A stretch of 64,000 bases of DNA from Podarcis erhardii (GCA_964252035.1 OZ176200.1); one strand, 5' to 3'. Numbered from the stretch's first letter, positions 1-12,600 are shown. Notes: generated from the sequence alone by a model not told the origin. Translations and numbers: made by a program.

Positions 1-913
1 TCTGGGAGGCTTCCAACAAAATATTAAAATACAGTAATGCATCAAACATTAAAAGCTTCCCTAAACAGGGCTGCCTTCAGATGTCTTCTAAAAGTCTGGT
101 AGTTGTTGTTCTCTTTGACATCTGGTGGGTGGGCATTCCACAGGGCGAGCGCCACTACCGAGAAGGCCCTCTGCCTGGTTCCCTGTAACTTGGCTTCTCA
201 CAGTGAGGGAACCGCCAGAAGGCCCTCAGTGCTGGACCTCAGTGTCTGGGTAGAACCATGGGGGTGGAGACGCTCCTTCAGATATATTGGACTGAGGCCG
301 TTTAGGGCTTTAAAGGTCAGCACCAACACTTTGAATTGTGCTCGGAAACGTACTGGGAGCCAATGTAGGTCTTTCAAGACTGGTGTTATGTGGTCTCGGA
401 GGCTACTCCCAGTCACCAGTCTAGCTGCCGCATTCTGGATTAGTTGTACTTTCTGGGTCACCTTCAAAGGTAGCCCCACATAGAGCGCATTGAAGTAGTC
501 CAAGCGAGAAATAACCAGAGCGTGCACCACTCTGGTGAGACAGTCTGCAGGCAGGTAGGGTCTCAGCCAGCGTACCAGATGGAGCTGATAAACACAGAAT
601 TGACCTGTGCCTCCATGGACAGCTGTGAGTCCAAAATGACTCCCAGGCTGCATACCTGGTCCTTCAGGGGCAGTTACCCCATTCAGGACCAGGGAGTCCT
701 CCACACCCGCCCTCCTCCTGTCCCCCAAAAACAGTACTTCTGTCTTGTCAGGATTCAACCTCAATCTGTTAGCCGCCATCCATCCTCCAACCGCCTCCAG
801 ACAGTCACACAGACCTTCACCACCTTCACTGGTCCTGATTTGAAAGAGAGGTGGAGCTGGGTATCATCTGCATATTGATGGACACCCAGCCCAAACCCAT
901 TGATGATCTCTCC
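1..913 (-). mobile_element. L2-clade LINE, 3' part of ORF2 (frameshifted)
   Basis: Minus-strand ORF 198-779 contains LNPDKTEV and SRLDYFNALYVGLP...QNAAARLVTG...HITPVLKDLHWLPV, typical of the L2 RT C-terminus; same family type as 42202-42699. Confidence 0.85.
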
Positions 914-914
914 T

Positions 915-1110
915 GGTATTCAGGTATTCAGAGGCTTCCTGGCTCTGACAGTGGAGGTAGAACATAGTCATTGTGATTGGAAGCCATGAATGGCCTCATC
1001 CACCATGAATCTGTCAAACCCTCTTTCAAAGCCACCAAGTTGTAGGAGCAAATTCCACAGTTTTACTGTGTGAATGAAGACTTTCTTTTGTCTTTCCCTA
1101 ATCTTCCAAT
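915..1110 (-). mobile_element. CR1 LINE 3' fragment
   Basis: Reads on the minus strand as a CR1 ORF2 end/3' UTR (VKLWNLL..GGFERGFDRFM); similar to 12160-12600 and 37545-37800. Confidence 0.6.
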
Positions 1111-1776
1111 ATTCAGCTTCATTCATACAATTTACAACATCTGCACAATTTATAATGCATACAATTTGGGGGACATTGCACATTTATTTTATTTTTTTCT
1201 TTATTTTCTTACATCTCACCTTTCTTCTGTTATGAAACCCAAGGCAAGTGTACACATGGCATCCAAGCACTGGCTTGACTCAGGTCTGCTTAGATTCAGC
1301 ACCCATGGTAGCCTTACACACCTTTATGCCATACCTTGGGACATCAGCAATGTGATTCATTAATGAAAAGTTAGCATTTCAACCTGTAGCATACATTGCT
1401 TATGGCCACATGGAATATTATGCAGTATAACAAAAGAGAATCATGTGCAAAGAAACCCTCAAACACGTCCCACCAGCACAAGGATTTCTGCTTATGCAAC
1501 AAGACATTCCTCCCTCTCCTTACACCGCACATACTCCTCACCTGCCCCAACTCTGCTCCAGAAGGTTGGGGGAACCCCTAGAATAGAATTAGGGGGTGCA
1601 ATGAAAAGGAAGGTGAGGAAAGTCTCATTGTTCAAATGGAAATCTTTGCACTGAGGGTACAGTACTTAACACTGCTTTGGATACAATCTGTTGGTTTCAA
1701 GTGTGAAATGTGGTATCTTTAGAACAGTACTTCAAAACATAATGCACATTAAAACAGTTTTCCCCTTTTTTCACAT

Positions 1777-2598
1777 TGTCAGAGCTGCCTCTAGGTCCCA
1801 GCTCACAGAGGACCAACGCCAGGCTGATGTTATGTACAAAAGTCTTTATTGAAGTTTAATTTCCATTTCAAAGCCAGAGCGTGCAGCCCTACGTCTAGAC
1901 TCTAGATCGGCGAAGGCCCGTCTGAGTCTCCGCCCCTTCCACACCAGTTTAAGATCCTAGCCCTGCTTCACCTCCTGCGCTGCTCTCTTCTCCTCTGGGT
2001 CCTCCTGCCCTCTGGGGCATTGCCCTTTCTGGACTCTTCCAACGCTGAGTCGCTTAGCTCCTCCCCCTGCCTCCGGCGTGCTTTAGGACCCGGTTCCCAA
2101 TCCTCACTCTCTGCTGTCCCGCGCTCCTGTACATTTGAACTTGCTTCTCGCGCCAACCCAGTGACCTTTCTCCTAACCGTTACACTACTTCTATCACTCC
2201 TTCCCTCTTCCGTGACACTGGCCGGATCTGACCTCCCTTCCGTTGTCCGACTCTCCGAGGGAGGCGTGGTAGACTCTCCCTCGTCTCCTCTCCCTGGTGG
2301 GGAAAGCACTGGCCCCGATGCCTGGGACTCTTCCCCCCCACTCTGCTCTGGTGGGGAAGCAGGTCCTGATTTCCAACTACTGCTCTGGGAGTCCCTGCTG
2401 CCCCCTTGCTCCTGGGGCGTTCCCCTTGGGACCCCCCTGCCCCTGGCCACTGGCGCTCCCTTCTGTGAATCTTCCGATTCGCTGGAGAGGCTCATGGAAT
2501 CCCTCGGACCACTGTCCCCTCCTACGCTCCCTTCGGATTCCTCCCCCTCGCTCTCCATCTCCCATCTTCCCTGTGCCTCAGCTCCTGAGCCCCTGACA
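1777..2598 (-). mobile_element. Solo LTR, copy 1 (822 bp), LTR retrotransposon/ERV
   Basis: Termini TGTCAG...CTGACA; 5-bp target-site duplication CACAT (1772-1776 and 2599-2603); minus-strand AATAAA at 1845-1850 and TTAAA TATA-like box near 1948-1953; about 99% identical to 31154-31975. Confidence 0.9.
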
Positions 2599-3221
2599 CA
2601 CATGAATACTTCGGAGCAGAATAAACATGGCCATAATGTGAACTTCTACCAGTTTACCAAACGGCTGCCTCTGACTTGATGACACTTCTTTCCACTGAGA
2701 AACAGAGATTCTCAGTTGTTGTTGCATTCTGAATTTTGCTCAGAGGGGAGCACAGAATGGAAAGATCCATCACTAGGTTTAGAATTAGGGAGTAAAGCAA
2801 GTGCAATTTGAAACCCCCTCCATTACAGTCCCAACTGTGGCATGCCAGACATCCAACTCATGAATTCTTGGGAATCTTTTTTCAGATTTGTGTGGTATGT
2901 TCAAACACAGGCAAGATCAGCGATAGGGGCAGGGTTAAAAGGGGAAATTGGGGAGGTGAATGTGGCAGTTAGAGAGGACAGACTCCCTTGACTGCCTTGC
3001 TAATAGGATCAAGAAAAAATGAAAAGGAACTCAAGAACAGGCCCCAACAAAGACAATAGCAATGTTTCCCTGGGGCATTGCAGAAAGTGTGCATATATAC
3101 CACTCCCCTGTTTCTTTGTTTTTACAATGTCAAACAATTAAAGTGTTTCAATTGATTGGTCCCCTACTTTTTCATGTGATCCATTAATTAATTCCATAGA
3201 ATCTATCTACAAATGATTCTA

Positions 3222-3422
3222 TGAATCATAGAAACATAGCTGTAGAGTTGGAAGGTACCCTCAGGGTCATCTAGTCCAACCCCTTGCAAGGCAGGAATCA
3301 CGGCTGAAGAATCCCTGACAGATGGCAATCCAACCTCTGTTTAAAAACCTCCAAGGATGGCAAGTCCATCACCTTGCAGGGTAGTCCTTTCCACTGTTGA
3401 AAGTCCTTCCTAATGTTTAGTC
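3222..3422 (-). mobile_element. CR1 LINE 3' end
   Basis: atcatagaa...gagttggaaggtaccctcagggtcatctagtccaacccc is the reverse complement of the CR1 3' terminus seen forward at 34700-34763. Confidence 0.75.
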
Positions 3423-3552
3423 ATTTAAATATATTTACATATTTTAACCCCCCTTTAATTATCAAGACAAACATGGCAACTTAGAATTTCATAAGCACAA
3501 CCGACCCCGCTTTGTTGGGAAGAAATGCAATTTTTCCTTTGATTTCCTATTA

Positions 3553-3794
3553 CAGTAGTACCTTGGGTTACATACATTTCAAGCTACAGATGCTTTAGGT
3601 TACAGACTCCGCTAACCCAGAAATATTACCTCAGGTTAAGAACTTTGCTTCAGGATGAGAACAGAAATCATGCAGTCGCGGTGCAGCGGCAGCAGGAGGC
3701 CCCATTAGCTAAAGTGGTGCTTCAGGTTAAGAACAGTTTCAGGTTAATAACAGACCTCCAGAACAAATTAAGTTCTTAACCCGAGGTACCACTG
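3553..3794. mobile_element. Tc1/mariner (Tigger-like) MITE
   Basis: TIRs cagtagtacctt(g)ggtta / taacccgaggtaccactg with TA duplications at both ends; a related copy lies in reverse at about 35110-35334. Confidence 0.8.
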
Positions 3795-5196
3795 TACACC
3801 TATTATAAGAACCAAACTACTGTCTGGGGGATACCCATCAGTGACTGTCCACAAATGGAAGGGAACCCTTGAGAAGAACCCTTCAGAGAGGCAATCTCCA
3901 GCAGTCCTCCTCTCCCCTGCAGTTTCCTGTGCTCTCTCTAAATCTGCTCCAGAAGCTCCCTCAAATCGCTGGAGCATATTTAGAGGGTTCTGCAGGGTTC
4001 TGCAAGGAGGGGGATTGCTGAAAATTGCATCCCCCCCCCCCCACAGAACGAAGAAGAGAAGTGATTTAATTAATGGTCCTGGAGTTGTAATCAGACCTGC
4101 TTCTCTGACTGAATTATACCTTTCTTAAAGTCAGCATCCATGCTGTATTTATATAGTGGGTTATCTGGAAAATCAGCTGTCACATAGATATTTAGATACA
4201 CAGGCATAATATATTTTGTCCTACTAGCAGTAGAATAATATCTTCCTAAGGGCTATATGGCTCTATTAAATTGATGAAAAAGTCATCCAGGCTGATTAGG
4301 GATAGGAAGAGTCTATTGCACATGATTTACATTCAATTTTGGACAGGTTTTCAAATATTTTGCAGAATGTGTAAATCACAATTTTGTAAATCACAAGTTT
4401 GCAAAGGAGGCACCATCTGGTACTTGGGATTTCCAGTTCCAAGAAAATGTCTATGTTAGGAACTGTTTCTGGTTTCTTCCTTTCTTCTTTCTCATTTCCT
4501 CCAAAACAGAAGCAAGTTCTGGCAAATGAAAGCTTGCAGAAGTGCTTGACTTAGAAGCAGGGCTTTGTGCTAAAGGTAAACTGCATTATACAATGGCATC
4601 ATGTGGAACTGCTCAGCTATTTTGAAAAGTTTTTTTATATATCCAACCCTCAAAACAAATTAACCATACGCTGCAGGATGAAGCAACTTGCTTCAGGCAA
4701 CACCTTAAGCCTGAAGCAAATGGCTACATTTTACAGCAAAGCTAGGTCGTCATTGACAGTAGCCTCACCCCAGGCCACTTACACAGCAGTGTCACCTTTT
4801 GCAGTCATTGGTTCCTTCAAGGTATCGGGGTTTCCAAGTGTGGCAATCTCTCCTCAGAGCTCTCTTGAGCTCATCAGAGTCTGGTGGTCTCCTCTGAGCT
4901 CAGGGAAGGAGAGAGGCTCTATTGCCCACAAAAGCGTCACAGGACAGATGACAGACTGGATCCATCTCCTCCTTGGAGCTGCTGGAGGAGCTTACCTGTG
5001 GGAGTCCTGGTTCTGGGGCATAATTGGCCCTGAGTTAGCTCCTTTTTTCACCTGCAGTATAGATTTTACATGACCATTTACAGTCTACAGAATTTACTCT
5101 GTCAGTCAATTACAAAACATTTCCATTATGAAAATCAATTGAGACATTTTTTGGTATATTTTTATTTATTTTCAAGAATAATAATGGGGTATAGAG

Positions 5197-5441
5197 CAGA
5201 GGTAGGCAAGCTAAGGATCTGGCCCTATCGCCTTCTAAATCCAGCCCGCAGACAGTCCGGGAATCAGCGTGTTTTTACATGAGTAGAATGTGTCCTTTTA
5301 TTTAAAATGCACATCTGGGTTATTTGTGGGGCATAGGAAATCATTCATTCCCCTCCTCCTGCCAAAAAATATAATCCAGCCCACCACATGGTCTGAGGGA
5401 CGGTGGACTGGCCCATGGCTGAAAAAGGTTGCTGACCCCTG
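5197..5441. mobile_element. hAT (Charlie-type) MITE
   Basis: TIRs cagaggtaggcaa / ttgctgacccctg; perfect 8-bp TSD GTATAGAG (5189-5196 and 5442-5449). Confidence 0.85.
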
Positions 5442-6192
5442 GTATAGAGCAAAAAAAATGACTTCGACAGTACAGATATTTGTCATTTTAAATTCTGTAA
5501 CAGTTATATTTCAACCTTTTAATAATGAATAATTTACAGCAAAAAGGGGGTGGGTGACAGCTGTGGGGAATACTCTACATCTTTTGAATGTCTTAAAGTT
5601 TTGTTGGCCTAACTAATAAAGTTTTACTTTGCAACTCATTTTTTTCTGTTCCTTCTCTGTCACTGTATTCTGGTGTTTAACAGACTAGTTACTAAATTAA
5701 AACTTCAAAGAAACTTTGCTTTCTTTTTCAAATAACACCTCTTATTCCTAACACCTAGTCACCCAGAAAGTCACCTAGAAAATCACATATTTTACACTTG
5801 TTCTGACTCCTCACCTCTAGGGAAATTCTCACAAACAACCCAGCCCACAATTTGGGAAGTGTTTTCCCCTGTTCTTCTATGTTAATAATATATAGCCAGC
5901 CTTTTGATATGTGAACTACTTCTAGGTCTGTGAATTAAATGGAAAAACTACTTTAAAAAAAAAGTAAAATGCTTCAACTCCATTAGCTTTATAAAGATCA
6001 GACACAATTCAAAACATCAGGGGCCTTGTCTACCTCTCTTAACCCCTAAAACCCGCCTGTTTTATAAAGAGAAGGGAAAACTTTAAGGTTAAAAATGAAA
6101 CTGGTCTGAACTTAAAAGACCATTTTTTTTACTCTCATTCTCCTTTCAGCTGTGTCACACTGTTTATTATCACTGTCATCAAAGGGGGTGTG

Positions 6193-6370
6193 TATATAAG
6201 AACCTGAAAAACCAAACAGACCTGTCTGGAGAGTGTTCCATATATCACAGAACCACAGGTGGCCTTCCTTCCAGTGTACAACTCGCAGAGCCGGAAAGCC
6301 TCTTGGCTTTGGAGACCTGCTTTTGGATCTAACAATTCCTTGAGAAGAGAATAAGCACTCCCAGCAGCAC
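6193..6370 (+). promoter_or_regulatory. ELF5: Candidate ELF5 core promoter and non-coding exon 1
   Basis: TATATAAG at 6193-6200, ETS-type GGAA/TTCC cores (gccggaaagc near 6290), splice donor CAC|GTAAGC at 6370/6371; 6.7 kb upstream of the first coding exon, whose acceptor requires an upstream exon. Inferred; no transcript data. Confidence 0.45.
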
Positions 6371-7366
6371 GTAAGCTCTGTTTATTTATTTAGCTGAAGG
6401 GTCTTAAAGGAGGTTCCTGCGCAGTGTGGTGTTAGCAGTGCAAATCAACTGAGCGGTGCAAATCACCTGTCACCGGTGTTTTCTGCCCTAACTGCCTCCC
6501 TTTCCAGGCTGGCAACATTAATCTGTTCAAGCTGAACTGCCATCTGATGCACTTTGTGCTCTTGTCATACAGCAAACACAACACAGGAGCACTTCTATTA
6601 TGGCACCCGGTCTAATTTTTGTGTTGAAGATCATTCAAAGAACATTAAGACTGCAATTCTATGCATCCTTTCTTGTGACTGGGAGCAGGTTCCATTGAAA
6701 ACAGTAAGACTTCCTTTTAAGAAAAGATGGCAAGGGCAAGGCTATAAATATTCATTAAAGAACTTTCCGCTCCTGCCACTGGTCTCCAGGAATGAATTTT
6801 GTTGTACATCAGGGAACACAGCACTGGGTAATGTTGAAATCTTCATCGTTCTAATGAATGGTGCCAAGGCCTGGTGTATAAAAATAATTAATCCTGCAAA
6901 TCAGATTACAAACAAATACATGCAAATGTGTGTTTTTATCTAGGATCGACACCATAAACCAATTTATCAATTTAGTGGGTGTGGAAGGCATTGCTGAGAT
7001 CTTCTGTAAATAAATGTTATCTTTTGTACTGCTGAGACCTCTGGTGGTGGTTGCTGGTAAGAAAGCTATCCTTAAGATACATGGTTTCAAGAGAAACACG
7101 CAAAGCTTAATCTAAAAACGCCAATGCTTGAATTTTCTAGGAGATGTATGTGGGTCTGAACAATAACAGTAATATAACTTTGAATATGTGTTTCCAACCA
7201 CAATACACTTTGACCATTTGCCAGTGGAAGCAAAGAAAGAACCAGAATCCTGATCCACCAGATGCTGAGGTGTCTGTAGTAAAAGATGATTCCAGAAGAA
7301 ATTTTATTCACTAGTATAATGGTATATTATTTTGGTAATGATCCATCCAATCTTTTTCACATTTTT

Positions 7367-7745
7367 GTTGGCATCCGTCTGCCTCAAGAGACAATGGAGT
7401 ATGTCTCTGGGGGTGAAGTCAAACCATGGGAGAATCACAGTGCCTTCTGTGGCTGCAGAGACTGGTAACTTGTAACTGCTGCTTCACACAATGTTTTTGC
7501 TGTGTTAGCAACACCAAAATGACCTCTCCCATCCTCAGTCCTGGGCAGTGAGTTTGCGATGCTCAGACAATGATCCCATCTCAGCCTCACTGATATGATC
7601 CAAAGCAGAGCATTAAATTTGGCACCAACCTGACTGCAAGAGTTTTCGGAAGGAGGCATAGAGTACGCCATCCAACCATCTTAGAAACTCCACTCCAAAT
7701 TTATGTAGTGTTTACTCCTTAGCCTTTTCTTCTCCCAAAGATGCC
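7367..7745 (-). mobile_element. RTE-related non-autonomous repeat, 5'-truncated
   Basis: Shares ttgttggcatc..gtct..gagacaatggag...ctgggggtgaagt and gtttactccttagccttttc blocks with 9109-9720 and (first block) 55905. Confidence 0.5.
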
Positions 7746-9108
7746 CGATGTTTAAATCCCTCTGGATTCAATGGAAAAGATTTAAAGCACGTGCTTAATT
7801 CTCTTTTTGAAACCAACAGTGCTAAAAACTTTGGATGGATATTGGCCAGCTTTTTCATAATAGAATATCTGGAATATACAGAATATATGGAATATTAGTG
7901 ATCATGTGATAAAGGAGACTTCATTAGTCTTGCAAAATTCTACTTATTAGAAACTAAAATGGTTTCAGAAGCCTCATTTTGATTTTATTTCTGAGTATTC
8001 CTTCAATTAACAGATATAATGCTGAAGTACATTGTTGGCAAAATTGTAAAATATATAAAATTAATTCTTCCTTCCTTTTTAGTCCTGTACATGCATACTT
8101 CAAACTGTCTAATTGTTTGTTGAGGTCCATGTAACTGTTTTTGAAGTGGTGCATTTAGATTCATATCGCAAATCTGATTTAAAAAGTAATTGCCAGGAAA
8201 CCATACGATTCCTGATTCTGCAATTATAACAATCACCTTGTTGTACTGTATTCCTTTTATTCCAAAAACTATATTGTTGTCACAGACTTTTTCCAATAAT
8301 TATTTTGTTAGAAATACAAATAAAGACATGGAAATAGAGCAGAAACCGTTTTTCTTAAGCTTATGGTAGTCAAGTCAAGATTCTAGGCTAAATTGGTTGT
8401 GGCTCACAGTGGCAATCGTCACCTTGTTTGGCAGCCTGCTTTGGTGTGTATCTTTTTTTTTTTCTGAAGTGGGGGAAGACAGATGGGGGAATGCAATTTA
8501 AGGCTAGGAACTTCCATTCAGTCTTGTTAAAATGTCATGCTGCTTCAGTTATCTTTGCTGCCTATTCTTCTAGGCTTGAAGTACACATTACCAGTCTTGT
8601 CATTGTCATAGACATAGACCAAGAATTTGAGGAGAGAGGACTATTTAATTTGGTTTGGGTCAAATTTGCTCTATTGAAGGCTATTTTATATATCACTGTT
8701 TATTTGTAACAATAGATATTACTATTACTAACAAAGTCCTCAGCACTTACAAAAACAAATATACAGTAATTGTGTATCTGAGTTTATGCTCTCTTAACTC
8801 ACTGCTTCCTTCATCCTCCAATATGAACTAACAACAGAGTGTCATTCAACATTATGTGAGCCCAAATTTCTCAGAAGTGAGCTTTGTGAACGTCCTCATA
8901 ATCTGAAAATTCCCCAGCCTGCTCACCCCTTTTGCCACCCACAAATAGTATGGGAAATTTGGGGAGGCAGGTTTTGCTCAGCTCTAATTGAAACTTCGTC
9001 TAGAAGGAAGTAAACAGTTTAAAAAAGGAGTAGGCAAGTAATTTACTATTGATTTGGCAACTAGTGTTTACCACATAAGAACATCAAATGTAGGATAAAG
9101 AAGTTGTT

Positions 9109-9720
9109 GTTGGCACCCATCTGTCTTGAGAGACAATGGACTGCGCCTCTGGGGGTGAAGTAAAACCACTGTGTTAGCAGCATCAAAGTGACCTTGCCTG
9201 GGCAGTGTATATGGAGGTCCTGGGCAGCCCAGACAACAAGACCACCCTCACGGCACCATCTTGGCTGCAGGAATTGCCGCAAGGAGGTGTACAAGGTGTC
9301 ATCCTGCCATTTTAGGGACTCCATTCTGGATCTGTGTAAGGTTTACTCCTTAGCCTTTTCACTTCCTGAAGATATCCTTCAGGGAAGTGAAGATTTAGGA
9401 TCAAAGTTTTCCTTCTCCTAAAAGGGCTACCTTCCCAGGTTGATGAGCCCCATTGGCCCCTCAGTTCCCTCTACAGCATGTGCAAAAACTATCTTCTTGA
9501 CCATTTGACCCACTATTGGTCTTGTCTGCTCAATCTGCTGCCTGTCTTTGCATGCAGGGAAAGTTCCTAGTTCATGGAGCGTTTGAGACCCATCGGCTAC
9601 CCTCACCTGGTTTAGCCAGCCAGGGTGTTACTGCTGTCACATGCTAACAGCTCCTAGGTGCCCCAGGTGAGAGCTGAGTGCAGGGTAGGGACCAAAAGTG
9701 GACAAACTACCCAGAAGGAC
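9109..9720 (-). mobile_element. RTE-derived non-autonomous element (5' UTR-like part joined to a (CAA)n-tailed 3' end)
   Basis: Minus strand contains ggaaggtagccc..taggagaaggaaaact, a motif recalled from RTE 5' UTRs, and ends in tgccaacaacaac; related partial copies at 7367 and 55905. Confidence 0.5.
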
Positions 9721-11249
9721 CACAATGTGCCCCCCTCCAGAATAGAATAGCAATAGAAAGGTTTAATAGCAGTAATAGAAAGGTTTAAAGTCAAATGTTT
9801 AAGGTCACTTTGCCTTTCAGTTATAGTTCTAGCATACAATATTATTAACTTTCATAAAGGTAGATAGAGCTTAGCTTCAGTTGCTGAACTAATTATGAAC
9901 TGCTATTTCCACCTTATAAAACACTAGCAGCCTCACACCTGGTTTTGGTTGGAAATGCTAATAATAATAAAAAGGCAAAATTTGAATCCACCAGTGAGGT
10001 TCAGCTAGTCATTTCTGGCAGATTTCTTTGAATGAAGGGTGTACTAGTAAATAATGAACTAACATCAAATGCATATATCTATGGCAACAGGAATCCTGAA
10101 ACCATTCAGATTCCTTAGAACAGCAGAAAGAGCAATTGCATTCATTAAATCTGAGAATAAGGGCTGTTTCAAACATTTAATTTGGGCTGCCAAAATAAAA
10201 AGTGAATTTGCCACCTCATTTTCACATGAAAATCCACTTGTATACAACTTTCATTGCAGGGAAGGAAGTTAGTATTCAGAGAAAATGTAAATTTGCAATC
10301 CCTCTTTGATGTCTTGCTTTTGTCAAACATCAGCTCTTATTTGATTAGCCACCTTATAGGATGACTCAGAATTCTTCCAGTGCAATTTTCTCTTTCCTCA
10401 GAAATGATTGTAATCTGAGATGGAACAGTCAATGGGCTGGATTTGTGTCAAAAGCCATAAGAAAGTTTCCTTCAAAATCTCAGTAAACAGCTTTTCTTTC
10501 TCAACGAAAGGTGTTAACTGATCTCCACGGGTTGTGGTGAGACAGGGCTAGAACTCAAATAGTTGTTCATTTCTTCCCATAGCTTGAATCATACTTGCTT
10601 AACTTCAGTATATTCCTTGACAAATAGTAAACACTGTGCACCTTGAGTGCTCTTGTCTTCTCTATGTAGCTAATTAAGATACAGGAAAATCTAGCAAGGG
10701 TGTCCTGCATATTAGTCCTGCCTCTACGCAAAAAAAGTCACTTCCTTCCTTCCTTCAGCCTATTTCACATCCCTCTTATTGTGTAAGTGAAATCAATTGA
10801 ACCAAACAATTCAATATCCAGTTCTTTACCAAGGGATTTTATAACAAAATACATTTCCTTACATTTTGTACTACCCCCTTTTATCTGTTTTACCCTGACA
10901 TTCACTATGCTTGACAATCTAAGAGATATGTCAGGCATCAAACCTACCAAAGAGCTGAAATTTTCTGAGTATGAAGATGTGCCACATAATCCTAAATGTG
11001 GTGGTTATGAAGAGGTCGGGCGAAAGCTGTCACTTTTTAAGCAGTAATTAAAGATACTTTGTTTTAACAAAAAGTTTGCTTATTTATTAACTTACTCTCA
11101 TTCTCAGTTGTCTTTATTTTTATTTATTAAATTTGTATGCCACCCATCACCCAAAGATCCCAGGGCAGTTCACAACATAAATCCCTGACTATGTAGAGTC
11201 GCAATATCAACCTGATTGGGTGGAATGTCAAAGTTTCTAATCCAGGAGC

Positions 11250-11507
11250 TGTTAAGTTGTGGGTGAACATATCAGACGACACAGCGATTCATCAAACAGC
11301 TCTAATTTATTCACGGGTCAGAACTGAACTGAACTGAAGGGTTCAGTCAGCCTGCTTATATAGAGCTCCACTAGAACGCAACAGTAACCATTTTCTGTAA
11401 CTATCCAATCACTGAACGTCACTTTTGATCCCTTATTTGCATATGTGGACCTGAACTATCTACAGTATCCCCTTGCTGGCTCAGGGTGAGAACTTCAGTA
11501 CATAACA
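11250..11507 (-). mobile_element. Solo LTR (258 bp) in the candidate ELF5 intron 1
   Basis: Termini TGTTAAGT...ACATAACA; 5-bp TSD GGAGC (11245-11249 and 11508-11512); minus-strand TATATAAG and AATAAA. Confidence 0.8.
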
Positions 11508-11559
11508 GGAGCGTCTTTGGTCATTCACTGAGTTGATGAGGCCCATTTCAGGACCCCTT

Positions 11560-11840
11560 TTGGAACACCTTGCCAACAGAGATTCAGTGGGCCCCTTCTG
11601 TGCCAACTTTCAAACACCCGCTGAAAACTTTTCTATTCTGCCGGGCCTATGAAGGAAATTAAGATTACATCCTCTAGAATGGTCTACAGGTGTTTGCTCT
11701 TAATTTATTTTTGTTTTTTGCTTGTTATTAGCTTTTTATGATGGTATTGTTTGGTTTTATGTTTTTAAATTGCTTGTTGTAAACTGCTGCAATACATTTT
11801 TATGATAAAGTGGTATATAAATATTTTTATAGATAAATAA
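11560..11840 (+). mobile_element. Degenerate L2 3' end
   Basis: ctgaaaacttttctattctgccgggcc...ttgtaaactgc...ggtatataaat, resembling the other L2 tails in the window. Confidence 0.45.
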
Positions 11841-12159
11841 ATTCTTTTGTTTGCCTAGGGAATGGATGAAATGGGGCAAAATGCTCTGGTTTCAAGGCAG
11901 CTGTAGCCAAAGGCAAGTTTTCATATATTATGCTTGCTTTTGACTACAAGAAATTCTTCCTTATTTTTAAAGCTCAGAGAAGTGTATATATACTTCCATG
12001 CAAACAAAATGCAGCATATTGCTGGATCAGACCAAACACCCAACTTTTCTGTTTCCAAGCACTGGCCAACCAAATTGCTATGGAAAGCCTACCAACAATT
12101 GAACTTTTGTTCCATAGCAACTGGTACATAGATGCACACTGCTGCTGATATTGGAGATA

Positions 12160-12600
12160 AACTATCACTATCATGATTAGCAGTCATTGGTAGCCTTGTC
12201 CTCCATTTGTTGTTGTTGTTTAGTCATTTAGTCGTGTCCGACTCTTCGTGACCCCATGGACCAGAGCACGCCAGGCACTCCTGTCTTCCACTGCCTCCCG
12301 CAGTTTGGTCAAACTCATGCTGGTAGCTTCGAGAACACTATCCAACCACCTCGTCCTCTGTCATCCCCTTCTCCTTGTGCCCTCCATCTTTCCCAACATC
12401 AGGGTCTTTTCCAGGGAGTCTTCTCTTCTCATGAGGTGGCCAAAGTATTGGAGTCTCAGAATGTATCTAATTTCCTTTTAAAAGCCATCCAAGTTGGTTA
12501 CTACATCTTATTACAAATTCCATTATGCAGTGTGTGAAGAAGTATTTTCTTTTGTCTGCCCTAAATCTTCCACTATTCAGATTTATGGGATGACCCCAGA
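12160..12600 (-). mobile_element. CR1 3' fragment with a nested BovB 3' end (BovB at about 12209-12468)
   Basis: BovB (CAA)n tail and RT C-terminal sequence match 23500-23791; the flanks ccttgtcctccat | aatgtatctaat rejoin into a CR1 segment like the one at about 37750. Confidence 0.75.

Noticed and set aside
2020-2679. 219-aa Ser/Pro/Leu-rich plus-strand ORF (and its twin at 31397-32062)
   Set aside because: Antisense shadow of the LTR; the A-poor composition suppresses stop codons and there is no recognisable domain.
10787-11047. 86-aa ORF ending ...KFSEYEDVPHNPKCGGYEEVGRKLSLFKQ, which looks protein-like
   Set aside because: No recognisable homology, no convincing splice context, and it lies inside the candidate ELF5 intron 1; a BLASTP or RNA-seq hit would be needed.
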